From positions 1 through 61,819 of the forward strand of contig CASGEB010000009.1 of the NCBI GenBank assembly GCA_949300375.1: 61,819 bases of DNA, written 5' to 3'. This stretch comes from an uncultured Pseudomonadota bacterium. Its GTDB lineage: Bacteria; Pseudomonadota; Alphaproteobacteria; RF32; CAG-239. The position numbers were made by a program, and so were the translations under genes. Positions 20,808 through 30,451 of this stretch are shown here, one piece after another (within the stretch, counting starts at the first letter, position 1; every line of letters starts with the position of its first letter). The notes beneath the pieces were generated by a model that was given only the letters and a program-made list of their open reading frames with translations, was not told the DNA's origin and did no database searches.

Positions 20808-21764
20808 ATGTTTCCGGGGCTTCCTGACGACAACCAAGACAAACGCATAACCGCCGAACGCTTTAGCGAATTCCGGCAAAATATTGACAACCAGAATAAT
20901 TTTGCCTTTGAAGAACGGCGAAACGATCTGAACCGCTCAAAAAATGTTTTTATCGGCGCTGTTTCCGGCGTTGTTCTGGCCGGCATCGTCGGCTGGTTTG
21001 TTCTGTCGCCCCGCTACGCTCAGAATGATACAGCCGAGATTCCGGTTATCCGCCGTCCGCAGGCTGCCGTAAAAGTCCAGCCCAGCGATCCCGGCGGTAT
21101 GGAAATTCTTAACCAGGATAAAACTGTTTACAATATCATTGACAAAACATCAGGCGGAGAAAAACCGTCTGTAGAAAAACTTCTTCCGCCGCCTGAAGAA
21201 CCTCAAATTCCGGTAGTCTCCGCTGTTGCACCGGCAGCCGAAACAAACGCCGCGGCTAACACCGCAACAGAAATCAAAAAATCAGAAGTCAAAGCTGCGG
21301 AAGAAATCAAAGAAACCGCACCGGCTCAGGTTCTGATTTCCCAAGCGCAGGAAATTATAAAAACCGAAGAAAAGAAAAACGCTGTGCCGCTTCAACCGGC
21401 TAAAGAACAGGCTCCGGCTGCCGGACAGGAAAAGAAGATCGTCAACCTGCCGTCTATTGCCGTGCCAGAGCCGCAACCTGCCGCGCTGACCGTTGCTGAA
21501 AGCGGAAAAATCCCCGCCGGGCAATGGACGGTTCAGTTGATGTCTTCGCCTAACCAGAAGGCTGTTCAGTCCTCCTGGACAAACCTGAGCAAAAAACACG
21601 CATTCCTTGCACCTCTGCCGCATGAAATTGAAGCCGCGGACTTAGGCGCCAAAGGAACATACTACCGCCTGTACGCAGGAGCATTTGCCAACCGTGCCGA
21701 TGCCGACAGTTTGTGCGGACAAATCAAAAATGCCGGCGGCAGCTGTATTGTAAAGAAAAAATAA
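20808..21764 (+). CDS. SPOR-domain membrane protein (FtsN-like)
   Basis: Single TM segment, KVQPSDPGGM motif, Pro/Ala linker, C-terminal SPOR (VQLMS...YYRLYAG...C...C). Confidence 0.85.
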   Translation: MFPGLPDDNQDKRITAERFSEFRQNIDNQNNFAFEERRNDLNRSKNVFIGAVSGVVLAGIVGWFVLSPRYAQNDTAEIPVIRRPQAAVKVQPSDPGGMEILNQDKTVYNIIDKTSGGEKPSVEKLLPPPEEPQIPVVSAVAPAAETNAAANTATEIKKSEVKAAEEIKETAPAQVLISQAQEIIKTEEKKNAVPLQPAKEQAPAAGQEKKIVNLPSIAVPEPQPAALTVAESGKIPAGQWTVQLMSSPNQKAVQSSWTNLSKKHAFLAPLPHEIEAADLGAKGTYYRLYAGAFANRADADSLCGQIKNAGGSCIVKKK

Positions 21765-21768
21765 GCTT

Positions 21769-22425
21769 ATGGCAGCCGGTTTAATCATCAGCCTTTGCGC
21801 GGCAGTCATCGCCATCGTCGCCCACGAAATATCCCACGGCTGGGCAGCCCGGCTTTTGGGCGACGACACGGCATACCGGATGAACCGGCTGTCATTAAAT
21901 CCGCTGCATCATATTGATCCGGTCGGCACAATTATTCTGCCGGCTGTCTTAAGTCTTTCCCACTTGCCGGTTTTTGGTTGGGCAAAACCCGTTCCCGTCG
22001 ATTTTTCCCGCCTTCGCAATCCGACTTGGGCTGTTGTCGTCGTTGCCGCGGCAGGAATTGTTACCAATCTGGTTCTGGCGTTTATTTCCGCTTCGCTGAT
22101 TGTTTTTCACGCACCTGTTATGCCGGATGCTCTGAAAGCTTTTTTATCGGCATTCGCCATTGTCAATCTGGTTCTCGCTTTGTTTAACCTGATCCCCGTC
22201 CCGCCGCTTGACGGCTCAAAAATATTTTTCGGCTGGATTCAAAAACCCTGGGCGCAAAAATACGTTTTGTTTGAACGCCGGATGATTATACCGCTGCTGC
22301 TGGTTTTAATCATCCTGCCTTGGCTCGGACGGCAGTTCGGCTTCGGCGGAGACATTCTTACCGCCTACTTCAACTACGGACTGGGCGCGTTATTCCGCTT
22401 CATCCGCTTTATATACGGACTCTGA
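21769..22425 (+). CDS. Site-2 protease (M50) family protein
   Basis: HEISH, GWAKPVP, FNLIPVPPLDG. Confidence 0.92.
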   Translation: MAAGLIISLCAAVIAIVAHEISHGWAARLLGDDTAYRMNRLSLNPLHHIDPVGTIILPAVLSLSHLPVFGWAKPVPVDFSRLRNPTWAVVVVAAAGIVTNLVLAFISASLIVFHAPVMPDALKAFLSAFAIVNLVLALFNLIPVPPLDGSKIFFGWIQKPWAQKYVLFERRMIIPLLLVLIILPWLGRQFGFGGDILTAYFNYGLGALFRFIRFIYGL

Positions 22426-22435
22426 GGAGAAAAAT

Positions 22436-23521
22436 ATGAAAAAACCAATCCTTGCCGCTATGCTGTCTTGTTCAGGAACCTGCCTGACCGATGACGAAAA
22501 ACGGATATTTTCAGAATTCAATCCGCTGGGCATTACGCTGTTCAACCGCAATATTTCAAATCCTCACCAGATAAAAAAACTTGTGGCCGAAATCAAAGAA
22601 GCCATCGGCCGTAAAAGCGTATTGATTGCCATCGACCAGGAAGGCGGACGCGTCCGGCGGCTTCACGAACCGGATTTTCGGAGTTATATGGCGCAGCGCC
22701 AGCTTGGTGAAATTGCCGAAAGCTGTGGGCTTGACGAGGCAAAAAAAATCGCCGCCGCTCACGCTTGGCTGATTGCCGATGATTTATACGGTCTGGGAAT
22801 AAACTGGAACTATGCCCCTGTTATAGACCTTTGCCACCCGCAAACATCAAAAGTCCTGGCAAGCCGCTGTTTTTCCGCCTCTCCTCAAATCAATGCCGCA
22901 TTGGCAAGAACTATGCTTGAAACCTACCGACAAAGCGCCGTATGCCCCTGCATCAAACACCTTCCCGCCCTGGGACCGGCAGAAACCGATCCGCATCTGG
23001 AACTTCCGGTTATCCGCTGCCCGCTGAAAGAACTGGAAAAAGACTTCTCTGTTGCAGCTTCTCTGGCTGCCGACACGCCGGCCGCCATGACGGCTCATAT
23101 CCTGCTGCCGGAAATAGACAACCGTCTGCCGGCCACCCAGTCAACAAAAATTATTGCCGAAATCATCCGCGGTTTAATTGGTTTCCAGGGCTTTTTAATC
23201 AGCGATGCCATTGATATGCGCGCCTTAAACGGCTCCCTCGGATTAAAAACACAGCTTTCGCTTGACGCGGGCTGCGATGCTGTCTGCTATTGCGGCGGAA
23301 CGCTGCAGGGACTCACGGAAGTTTGCAAGAACTGCCGCCCGCTGAGCGATATTTCCTGCACCCGGCTTGAAAAAATCCGAAACCTCATTGCATCACCGCA
23401 CAAAACTGTTGATATTCCGCAAATTTATAAAGACTATTTGCATTTTAGTGTTAATCTGAAAAACTATGATGAAGATTATGATGCGACGGAAGTCCTGCAT
23501 CGTATGACATCCAACCAATAA
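22436..23521 (+). CDS. nagZ: Beta-N-acetylhexosaminidase (GH3)
   Basis: DQEGGRVRR, KHLP...DPH, MTAH, SDAIDM. Confidence 0.88.
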   Translation: MKKPILAAMLSCSGTCLTDDEKRIFSEFNPLGITLFNRNISNPHQIKKLVAEIKEAIGRKSVLIAIDQEGGRVRRLHEPDFRSYMAQRQLGEIAESCGLDEAKKIAAAHAWLIADDLYGLGINWNYAPVIDLCHPQTSKVLASRCFSASPQINAALARTMLETYRQSAVCPCIKHLPALGPAETDPHLELPVIRCPLKELEKDFSVAASLAADTPAAMTAHILLPEIDNRLPATQSTKIIAEIIRGLIGFQGFLISDAIDMRALNGSLGLKTQLSLDAGCDAVCYCGGTLQGLTEVCKNCRPLSDISCTRLEKIRNLIASPHKTVDIPQIYKDYLHFSVNLKNYDEDYDATEVLHRMTSNQ

Positions 23522-23533
23522 AGGAGAAAATAC

Positions 23534-23725
23534 GTGTTTACCGGCTTGTTAGAATGGATATTAATCATTGCGGCAATCGTAATTATTTTCAATGCCAACA
23601 ACTTGTCTTCCTGGAAAGAAACTGCCCGCAAAAAAATCGATGTATTAAAAAAAGCGGCGGCAGAAAAAAAAGTTGAACTCGAAAACAAAATCAACACTTC
23701 CAAAAATAAAAAAGACAAAGAATAA
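23534..23725 (+). CDS. TatA/E-like small membrane protein
   Basis: N-terminal TM (LEWILIIAAIVIIF) followed by a charged amphipathic helix; RBS aaggag; tat genes usually lie downstream of nagZ in alphaproteobacteria. Confidence 0.55.
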   Translation: MFTGLLEWILIIAAIVIIFNANNLSSWKETARKKIDVLKKAAAEKKVELENKINTSKNKKDKE

Positions 23726-23751
23726 TCCTCAGATAAATGTCTCTGATGTCC

Positions 23752-23787
23752 AAAATCGCGGTATTCTCAAGAATATTGCGATTTTTT
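23752..23787 (+). terminator. Rho-independent terminator
   Basis: aaaatcgcggtattc-tcaa-gaatattgcgatttttt. Confidence 0.7.
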
Positions 23788-23884
23788 ATATAAAAATCAA
23801 ATAACTATAGACTTTTCCCTGAATTTATGCTATATTTGATTATAGATTGTTAGAATAACAATTAATTTTACGCGGAGAAAGGCC

Positions 23885-24322
23885 ATGAGCATTAGCGCTA
23901 CCAGAAGAGTAACCGGCTCACCGAGAACCGATCGCAACTACACAGTTTCCCGTGGGCATGGCGAAAGTTTTGTGGAAAACGTCGACACATCCAACAATGT
24001 GTTTATTAATGAAGACGTCCGCAACGATGATAACCGGAGACAAAATCCCAAACAAAAATTTCAAGACGAAACAACGTCTGAAAAAAGTTCATCGTCGTCT
24101 ACTTCTGCCGCCTACGTTCCCAATGCAATCGAAGCCATTGCGGCCAGCAATTTGTATGAAACTTCCGGAGAAAATGCTTATCATTCGACCAAAAACGTCA
24201 GCGTATATGACAACAATCAGTCTTATGTCAAAGATGATAACAACGACAAACTTCCGCAATCTTATCTGAAACATTTCTACGAAAACAATCAGCCGCCGGA
24301 AGAAGTTGACGAACTGGTATAA
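23885..24322 (+). CDS. Hypothetical hydrophilic Asn/Ser/acidic protein
   Basis: RBS ggag, 145-aa ORF, no recognised motif. Confidence 0.65.
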   Translation: MSISATRRVTGSPRTDRNYTVSRGHGESFVENVDTSNNVFINEDVRNDDNRRQNPKQKFQDETTSEKSSSSSTSAAYVPNAIEAIAASNLYETSGENAYHSTKNVSVYDNNQSYVKDDNNDKLPQSYLKHFYENNQPPEEVDELV

Positions 24323-24447
24323 CCTTTTTTCTAATTTCCATTGCCTTTAAAACCCCCTTTTCCGACTTATATGGAAAAAGGAACAAAAATCTTTCGAAAA
24401 TCAAAAGATTACAAACCGGATTAAAACAACAACAAAAGGATATATCA

Positions 24448-24657
24448 ATGCAAAAAGGTACTGTAAAGTGGTTTAACGTCAAAAAGGGCTATGGTTTTAT
24501 CACTCCGGAAAACAGCGACAAAGACATCTTCGTCCACATCACGGCTTTGGAAAAGAACGGTCTTCGCCGTTTAAATGACGGCGACGTCGTCAACTTTGAG
24601 GTTTACAATGACCGCGGCCGTCAGGCAGCCGGAAACATCGACCTCATCCGTCAATAA
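24448..24657 (+). CDS. Cold-shock protein
   Basis: GTVKWFN..KGYGFI and DIFVH RNP motifs. Confidence 0.95.
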   Translation: MQKGTVKWFNVKKGYGFITPENSDKDIFVHITALEKNGLRRLNDGDVVNFEVYNDRGRQAAGNIDLIRQ

Positions 24658-24670
24658 CAACGGCTTAAAG

Positions 24671-24726
24671 CTCCCGTTTTGATCTGTCCAACTTTTGGGA
24701 AACAGATCACACCGGGAGTTTTTTTA
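24671..24726 (+). terminator. Terminator after the csp gene
   Basis: ctccc...tgatctgt...acagatca...gggag followed by a T-tract. Confidence 0.6.
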
Positions 24727-24786
24727 TTATTTATACAAGTCAAAAATCTTTTCAAACCCCAAACTACGGAACATATTACTAAAAAA

Positions 24787-25386
24787 TTACTGACATACAT
24801 AATATGCATTGCCAAAATAACCATAGTAACTATCTCCTTCACAAAGCTGGAAAACAGGATTGCGGCCGGAAGCACGGCAGCTTGCATGCATATCGCTGCA
24901 ATCCGGATAACCGCGGTATCTGCATTGTTCATAACAGCTCCGGCCATAGTAGCTTTGACAATAACTGTCATTGGAATTTGAAGTTCCGCCATTATACCCG
25001 CATTCATAAACATATCCGCAACACCAGCCGCTTGCTGAAACAGAAGTAAAACACGTTCCGTTATAACAGCTTTGCCCGCTTGAGCATTTGGAAGAACCGC
25101 AGGAAGCGTAATAAGTTACGCCATTTCTGACGCAGGAGGAAGAGCCTGGGTTTTGGCAGTTAGCGGCGCAGGCCTCGGCGGTGTAGGTGTAATCGCAGGT
25201 CTGCGGGTCGAAACAAAAATATTTTGTTGTGTCAAACGGACATTTAACCCCGTCGTTCGGGCATTCATCGGCGGTATATTTATAACCCATTGCCTCACAG
25301 TCCGGGGTCTGGGTGCAGGCCGCTAAGACATAACCGGATGCAAGAGCGGTACAGCACAAGGCGCTCCAAAAAATATATTGTTTCAT
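24787..25386 (-). CDS. Secreted cysteine-rich protein (A + B + C)
   Basis: Start revised to MKQYIFW (RBS gggagagg); CTQTPDCEAMGY...KCPFD; SCVRNGVTYYASC; CCGY...GRSCYEQC...YPDC...YVCQ*. Confidence 0.9.
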   Translation of the reverse strand: MKQYIFWSALCCTALASGYVLAACTQTPDCEAMGYKYTADECPNDGVKCPFDTTKYFCFDPQTCDYTYTAEACAANCQNPGSSSCVRNGVTYYASCGSSKCSSGQSCYNGTCFTSVSASGWCCGYVYECGYNGGTSNSNDSYCQSYYGRSCYEQCRYRGYPDCSDMHASCRASGRNPVFQLCEGDSYYGYFGNAYYVCQ

Positions 25387-25420
25387 CAAACCTCTCCCGT
25401 CAAAACAAACACATAGGGAT

Positions 25421-25482
25421 ACTATACCACACCTCAAACGAATAGTCAATATATAATGAAAAGTATGACGGGGATTTTGGCC
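25421..25482 (-). promoter_or_regulatory. Conserved cassette promoter, copy 2
   Basis: Minus strand: GCCAAAAT from 25481, TTTTCATTA, TTGACT 25449-25444, 17-bp spacer, TATAGT 25426-25421. Confidence 0.78.
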
Positions 25483-25489
25483 AAAAGAC

Positions 25490-25524
25490 AAAAAAATTCC
25501 TTAATTTTTCTAAAAATTAAGGGA
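25490..25524 (-). terminator. Terminator after the 25544-26419 gene
   Basis: ccttaattttt-ct-aaaaattaagg hairpin with a U-tract on the minus strand. Confidence 0.55.
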
Positions 25525-25543
25525 CTTTGAAAAACAAAAAAAC

Positions 25544-26419
25544 TCACCGTTCATAATAATTTTCATAGCGGTTCATTTTATTAACAGTATAACTAACCAT
25601 ATTTTCAAGAGAACTGGCAAATCGCTGTTCCATAATTTCTGCTCGTCCGGCCTCTGCAAAACATTTATGTTTCTTGTGCAATTCCGCCAAGTCGTGGTAA
25701 ATTTCCTGTTTGCGTTTAAACTTATTGCTCCTTTTCCAATCCAGCCAGTTTATTGCACTAATCATCTGCTCCATACACAAAACTCTTTCTCCGTACCAGA
25801 GAGCCGGATCTTCAAGTTTACGCGCCATTACATTATACATAACATAAGCCGTATTGCGGATTTTTTTAAAAGCATCGTTTTTTTCCTGCTCATTCATTTT
25901 TTTATATTTAAATGTCCTGACCGATGCTTTAAAAGCCTTTTCCAAGGGACTATGCCCGATTTCAACCAGTTTTTGGCCTTTTTCTTTTCTTTTGCGCAGC
26001 CGGGGCGGCAATTCTTCTTTTAATGTCTGTTTCAGATTTTTAAAATCCCGCTCTAACCGCTCCACCTGCTCGGACGTGAGATACTTTTTAATACGCGTCA
26101 TCTTTTCCAAAGCACAATAAGCATATTCATACAGCGGGTCTGAACGCTGATAATACTCATTCATCCCGGACACCCGATAATAGGAATCCAAAGCATTAAA
26201 GGCCTCATACACTTCAATCATCGGCAAAAGCTTTTCATCCTGACGGCCGTTGCGGGCGATAAACTCCATTTTTTCCTTAACTTCTAAAGCGGGCAGTCTT
26301 TCTGAAGACTGTAAAAAACGCTCGGCCATTATCCTCTCGGCCTCTGCTGCCCGATTTGAAACATACAATTCACAAATTGTTTTTAACAATATCGGATATT
26401 TATCTGCTGACCGAACCAT
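25544..26419 (-). CDS. Hypothetical charged, probably helical protein
   Basis: 291-aa ORF directly downstream of the GNAT gene; no recognised motif. Confidence 0.7.
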   Translation of the reverse strand: MVRSADKYPILLKTICELYVSNRAAEAERIMAERFLQSSERLPALEVKEKMEFIARNGRQDEKLLPMIEVYEAFNALDSYYRVSGMNEYYQRSDPLYEYAYCALEKMTRIKKYLTSEQVERLERDFKNLKQTLKEELPPRLRKRKEKGQKLVEIGHSPLEKAFKASVRTFKYKKMNEQEKNDAFKKIRNTAYVMYNVMARKLEDPALWYGERVLCMEQMISAINWLDWKRSNKFKRKQEIYHDLAELHKKHKCFAEAGRAEIMEQRFASSLENMVSYTVNKMNRYENYYER

Positions 26420-26433
26420 ATTGAAAAGCCTCT

Positions 26434-26871
26434 TTAAAGTTCTTTGACCATCTTGGCGAAAGTAATGCCTTTTTCTTCAAAAATATCGCCTTCCTGCACA
26501 AAACCAAGCTTATCATAAAAAGCAACCACCGAAAGCATGGCGTGCATCACCAACCGGGAGTATCCGGCTTCTTTGGCGCGCTTTTCGGCATATTCTACCA
26601 ACTGACGCCCGACTCCTTCGCCCTGATATTTAGAATCCACCGCCACCTGCATCATTCTGATAACCTCATTATCAACCGGCACCAGCATCAACCCGCCGAT
26701 AAGTTTGTCATCCAGGCTTTCTATACAACCGATATGCAGATAACCGGCTTCCTGTGGGCGATAAGTATCCAAAAACTTCAACCCCAGCGGTTTCAAAAGG
26801 ATTTTATAGCGCAATTCCACCAACTCGTCATAACGGCTGGAACCATAATCAATATCAATCAGCTTTCTCAT
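26434..26871 (-). CDS. GNAT family N-acetyltransferase
   Basis: VAVDSKYQGEGVGRQL acetyl-CoA motif, FYDKLGF. Confidence 0.9.
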   Translation of the reverse strand: MRKLIDIDYGSSRYDELVELRYKILLKPLGLKFLDTYRPQEAGYLHIGCIESLDDKLIGGLMLVPVDNEVIRMMQVAVDSKYQGEGVGRQLVEYAEKRAKEAGYSRLVMHAMLSVVAFYDKLGFVQEGDIFEEKGITFAKMVKEL

Positions 26872-27004
26872 CGCACGCCTCCTTTTGTATTTTTTATTCA
26901 GTATAACCGCTTTTCTTGATTAGTACAATCAATATTATATTGCTTAATCCAAAAATTTCATTTATTTTCTGATTTAACAACAACCAACGGGAATAAAAAA
27001 CAAG

Positions 27005-28810
27005 ATGAGTACAGATTTAAGCTTAATTCGCAATTTTGCAATTATCGCCCACATTGACCACGGCAAATCCACCCTGGCCGACCGCCTGATAGAATTTTGC
27101 GGCGGACTCGAAAAACGGGAAATGCAGGAACAGGTTTTGGATTCAATGGATATTGAGCGCGAACGCGGCATCACAATCAAAGCCCAGACCGTCCGGCTGA
27201 ATTACAAAGCAAAAGACGGCAACACCTATCAGCTGAATCTGATGGACACCCCCGGACATGTCGACTTTTCATATGAAGTCTCACGCTCATTGGCCTCCTG
27301 CGAAGGATCGGTTCTGGTCGTCGATGCGACTCAGGGCGTTGAAGCCCAAACGCTGGCAAATGTCTATCTGGCCATTGACAACAACCATGAAATTATTCCC
27401 GTCTTAAACAAAATAGACCTGCCGTCGGCAGACCCGGAAAGAGTAAAAACCCAGATTGAAGATGTTATCGGACTGGATACCTCCGACGCGGTTGAAACTT
27501 CCGGCAAAACCGGACTGGGCGTCGATGAGCTTTTGGAAGCCGTTGTCCGCCGCCTGCCTGCTCCTCAGGGAGATGTCGACGCACCGTTAAAGGCTCTGTT
27601 GATTGACAGCTGGTACGATCCTTATCTCGGCGTTATTATTCTGGTCAGAATCAAAGACGGCGTCTTAAAGCGCAAAACTCAGATTCGGATGATGTCCAAC
27701 AACAGCACCTATTTGGTGGACAAAGTCGGAATTTTCACCCCGAAAATGCAGGATATAGAAGCCCTCTATCCCGGAGAAATCGGCTTTATTACAGCCAGCA
27801 TCAAAAGTGTCAGCGACTGCCACGTCGGAGATACCATTACCGACAACAAAGCTCCCTGCGCCCAAGCCTTGCAGGGCTTTAAGCCTTCTGTTCCGGTCGT
27901 GTTCTGCTCTATATTTCCGGTTGACAGCAGCGAGTACGAGGCCTTAAAAGACGCTCTGGCCAAACTCAAATTAAACGACGCCAGCATTGATTATCAAAAT
28001 GAGAACTCGGCCGCTTTGGGATTGGGCTTTCGCTGCGGTTTTCTCGGACTTTTGCATATGGAAATCATTGAAGAGCGTCTGGAACGGGAATTCGATTTGG
28101 ATTTAATCATCACTGCGCCGTCGGTTGCCTACAAAATCAATATGACCGACGGCTCGCAGATAACCTTGCACAATCCTGCCGATATGCCGGATCTGACCCA
28201 GATAAAATCCATCGAAGAACCATGGGTAAAAGCAACTATTCTGGTGCCGGACAACTACCTTGGAGCGGTTTTAAAACTCTGCACCGAACGCCGCGGCGAA
28301 CAGGTCGAACTGACTTATGCCGGCAGCCGGGCAATGGTCGTTTACAAAATTCCGCTTAACGAAATCGTCTTTGATTTTTATGACCGCTTAAAGTCCATCA
28401 CCAGCGGCTATGCCAGCTTTGATTACGAAATCATCGGCTATGAAGAATCTGACCTTGTCAAAGTTGAAATTCTGATTAACGAAGAACCTATCGACGCTCT
28501 GGCCTTTTTGAGCCACAGAAGCGATGCCGAAAGCCGCGGCCGGCAGATATGCGAAAGACTAAAAGACCTGATTCCGAGACATCTGTTCAAAATTCCGATT
28601 CAGGCTGCTATCGGCGGAAGAATTGTCGCCCGGGAGACAATCTCTGCCCTGCGCAAAGACGTTACCGCCAAATGCTATGGCGGCGATATTACCCGCAAAA
28701 GAAAATTATTGGAAAAACAAAAGAAAGGGAAAAAGAAAATGCGCCAGTTCGGCAAAGTCGAAATCCCGCAAAGCGCATTCATTGAAGCTCTGCGTATCGG
28801 AGACGACTAA
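27005..28810 (+). CDS. lepA: Elongation factor 4
   Basis: [39 protein letters not shown]. Confidence 0.98.
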   Translation: MSTDLSLIRNFAIIAHIDHGKSTLADRLIEFCGGLEKREMQEQVLDSMDIERERGITIKAQTVRLNYKAKDGNTYQLNLMDTPGHVDFSYEVSRSLASCEGSVLVVDATQGVEAQTLANVYLAIDNNHEIIPVLNKIDLPSADPERVKTQIEDVIGLDTSDAVETSGKTGLGVDELLEAVVRRLPAPQGDVDAPLKALLIDSWYDPYLGVIILVRIKDGVLKRKTQIRMMSNNSTYLVDKVGIFTPKMQDIEALYPGEIGFITASIKSVSDCHVGDTITDNKAPCAQALQGFKPSVPVVFCSIFPVDSSEYEALKDALAKLKLNDASIDYQNENSAALGLGFRCGFLGLLHMEIIEERLEREFDLDLIITAPSVAYKINMTDGSQITLHNPADMPDLTQIKSIEEPWVKATILVPDNYLGAVLKLCTERRGEQVELTYAGSRAMVVYKIPLNEIVFDFYDRLKSITSGYASFDYEIIGYEESDLVKVEILINEEPIDALAFLSHRSDAESRGRQICERLKDLIPRHLFKIPIQAAIGGRIVARETISALRKDVTAKCYGGDITRKRKLLEKQKKGKKKMRQFGKVEIPQSAFIEALRIGDD

Positions 28811-28825
28811 AACGCCCTGCAATGC

Positions 28826-28863
28826 AAAAAAAAAAAAACGGAAGCTCAGACTTCCGTTTTTTT
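28826..28863. terminator. Bidirectional terminator between lepA and fabZ
   Basis: A-tract-cggaag-ctcaga-cttccg-T-tract. Confidence 0.75.
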
Positions 28864-28891
28864 GTTATTGTTGCATCCTCTGATACAAAAT

Positions 28892-29332
28892 TTACAACAC
28901 AATCATTGCCGTAAACTCAGCCTCCGACACTACTTTGCCGTCGACTTCGCATTGCCCTTTGAACACAAAAACCTTGCCGCGTTCTTTAATCTTCTCAACA
29001 TGCATAATCAACTGATCACCCGGCTTTACCGGTTTTCTGAACTTTACGCCGTCAATCGACATAAAATAAACCCCGGGTTTCTTTTCAAGATTCGTCATAC
29101 TGGAAATCGCCAGCGCGCCGGCCGTCTGAGCCATGGCCTCAATTTGCAAAACGCCGGGCATTACCGGATTCCCCGGAAAATGGCCTTGAAAAAATTCTTC
29201 ATTCATTGTTACGTTTTTCAGGCCAAAACCTTTAACCCCGGGTTCTTCTACCGTCAAACGGTCAACCAGCAAAAACGGATAACGGTGCGGCAAAAACTCC
29301 ATAATTTGTTCAATATTATAAATTTCAGACAT
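28892..29332 (-). CDS. fabZ: 3-hydroxyacyl-ACP dehydratase
   Basis: LPHRYPFLLVD, FQGHFP, PGVLQIEAMAQ. Confidence 0.97.
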   Translation of the reverse strand: MSEIYNIEQIMEFLPHRYPFLLVDRLTVEEPGVKGFGLKNVTMNEEFFQGHFPGNPVMPGVLQIEAMAQTAGALAISSMTNLEKKPGVYFMSIDGVKFRKPVKPGDQLIMHVEKIKERGKVFVFKGQCEVDGKVVSEAEFTAMIVL

Positions 29333-29368
29333 TTATTTTCCTTTTCAATCAGTTCAAAATTAACAACA

Positions 29369-30388
29369 CTATTTCTTCACTTTAACAGCATTCTGCAAAA
29401 AGGCCGTCTGGCGCATAAATTGTTTAATCGGCACCACCGGATAACCCATAACCACGGCGCCGGGTTCTACATTGCTCATCACGCCGGATTGAGCGGCAAT
29501 CTGCGCACCGGAACCGATATGAATATGGTCCGCCAAACCGACCTGCCCGCCGCAAACAACATAATCGCCCAAAACTGTACTGCCGGCAATACCGACCTGC
29601 GACACCAAAATACATCCTTTTCCCAGCCGGACATTATGCGCCACTTGAACCAGATTATCAATCCGGCAGCCGTCGCCGATAACCGTATCATCCAACGCGC
29701 CTCTGTCCACACAGGAATTAGCGCCGATTTCAACATCGTTTCCGATAATCACCAATCCCAGTTGCGGGATCCGTTTATGCTGCCCGCCAATCATCATAAA
29801 GCCAAAACCGTCTTGCCCGATGCGCGCCCCGCTGAAAATATGGCAATTCTCTCCCATTCTGCAAAAAGCAATATGAGCGCCGGCACCGATTCTCGACCCC
29901 TGTCCGATTTCGCAATTATCATCAATAATAACATTAGCCTCAATAATACAGTTATTGCCGATTTTGACATTTTTGCCAATGACGGCGTTTTCTCCGACAA
30001 AACAGTTCATCCCGAGCTGAGCCGACTTGTCTATCTTGGCCGATGCGGCAATCTGCGCCTCCGGAAGCGGAATTTCATAAAACAGGGAATTCAGTTTCAA
30101 AAAGGCAAGTTTCGGATTTCCGCAAACCAAAACGGCAGTTCCCGGCGCAACAAATTGTGCAAGCTCTTCTGTTGTAACGCAAGCCGTAGCCTTGATTTTA
30201 GCAGCTTCATTCTTTGCTTTTTTATCATAGAAAAAGCAAACATCGCCTTTCCGGGCATTTTCCATCGTGGCAATATCATTAACTTCCAAACCCGATTTGT
30301 CATTGTCGGAAATCCGCGCCTCACATATCCGGGCAATCTCTGCCAGACTGAACGGCCCGTTGTTGCGATAAAAAGATTTGTCTACCAT
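29369..30388 (-). CDS. lpxD: UDP-3-O-acyl-glucosamine N-acyltransferase
   Basis: Hexapeptide repeats, [18 protein letters not shown]. Confidence 0.95.
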   Translation of the reverse strand: MVDKSFYRNNGPFSLAEIARICEARISDNDKSGLEVNDIATMENARKGDVCFFYDKKAKNEAAKIKATACVTTEELAQFVAPGTAVLVCGNPKLAFLKLNSLFYEIPLPEAQIAASAKIDKSAQLGMNCFVGENAVIGKNVKIGNNCIIEANVIIDDNCEIGQGSRIGAGAHIAFCRMGENCHIFSGARIGQDGFGFMMIGGQHKRIPQLGLVIIGNDVEIGANSCVDRGALDDTVIGDGCRIDNLVQVAHNVRLGKGCILVSQVGIAGSTVLGDYVVCGGQVGLADHIHIGSGAQIAAQSGVMSNVEPGAVVMGYPVVPIKQFMRQTAFLQNAVKVKK

Positions 30389-30405
30389 TTTTTCCTCCTC
30401 AGACA

Positions 30406-30437
30406 GTTTAGAGCAACTCGCCGAATTGCTCTAAACA
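30406..30437. other. Intergenic hairpin between bamA and lpxD
   Basis: gtttagagcaa-ctcgccgaa-ttgctctaaac, perfect 11-bp stem. Confidence 0.5.
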
Positions 30438-30451
30438 GTTTATTCTCAAAA

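Noticed and set aside
28826-28838. Poly-A tract as a phase-variation site
   Set aside because: It is the tail of a bidirectional terminator, not within a gene or promoter.
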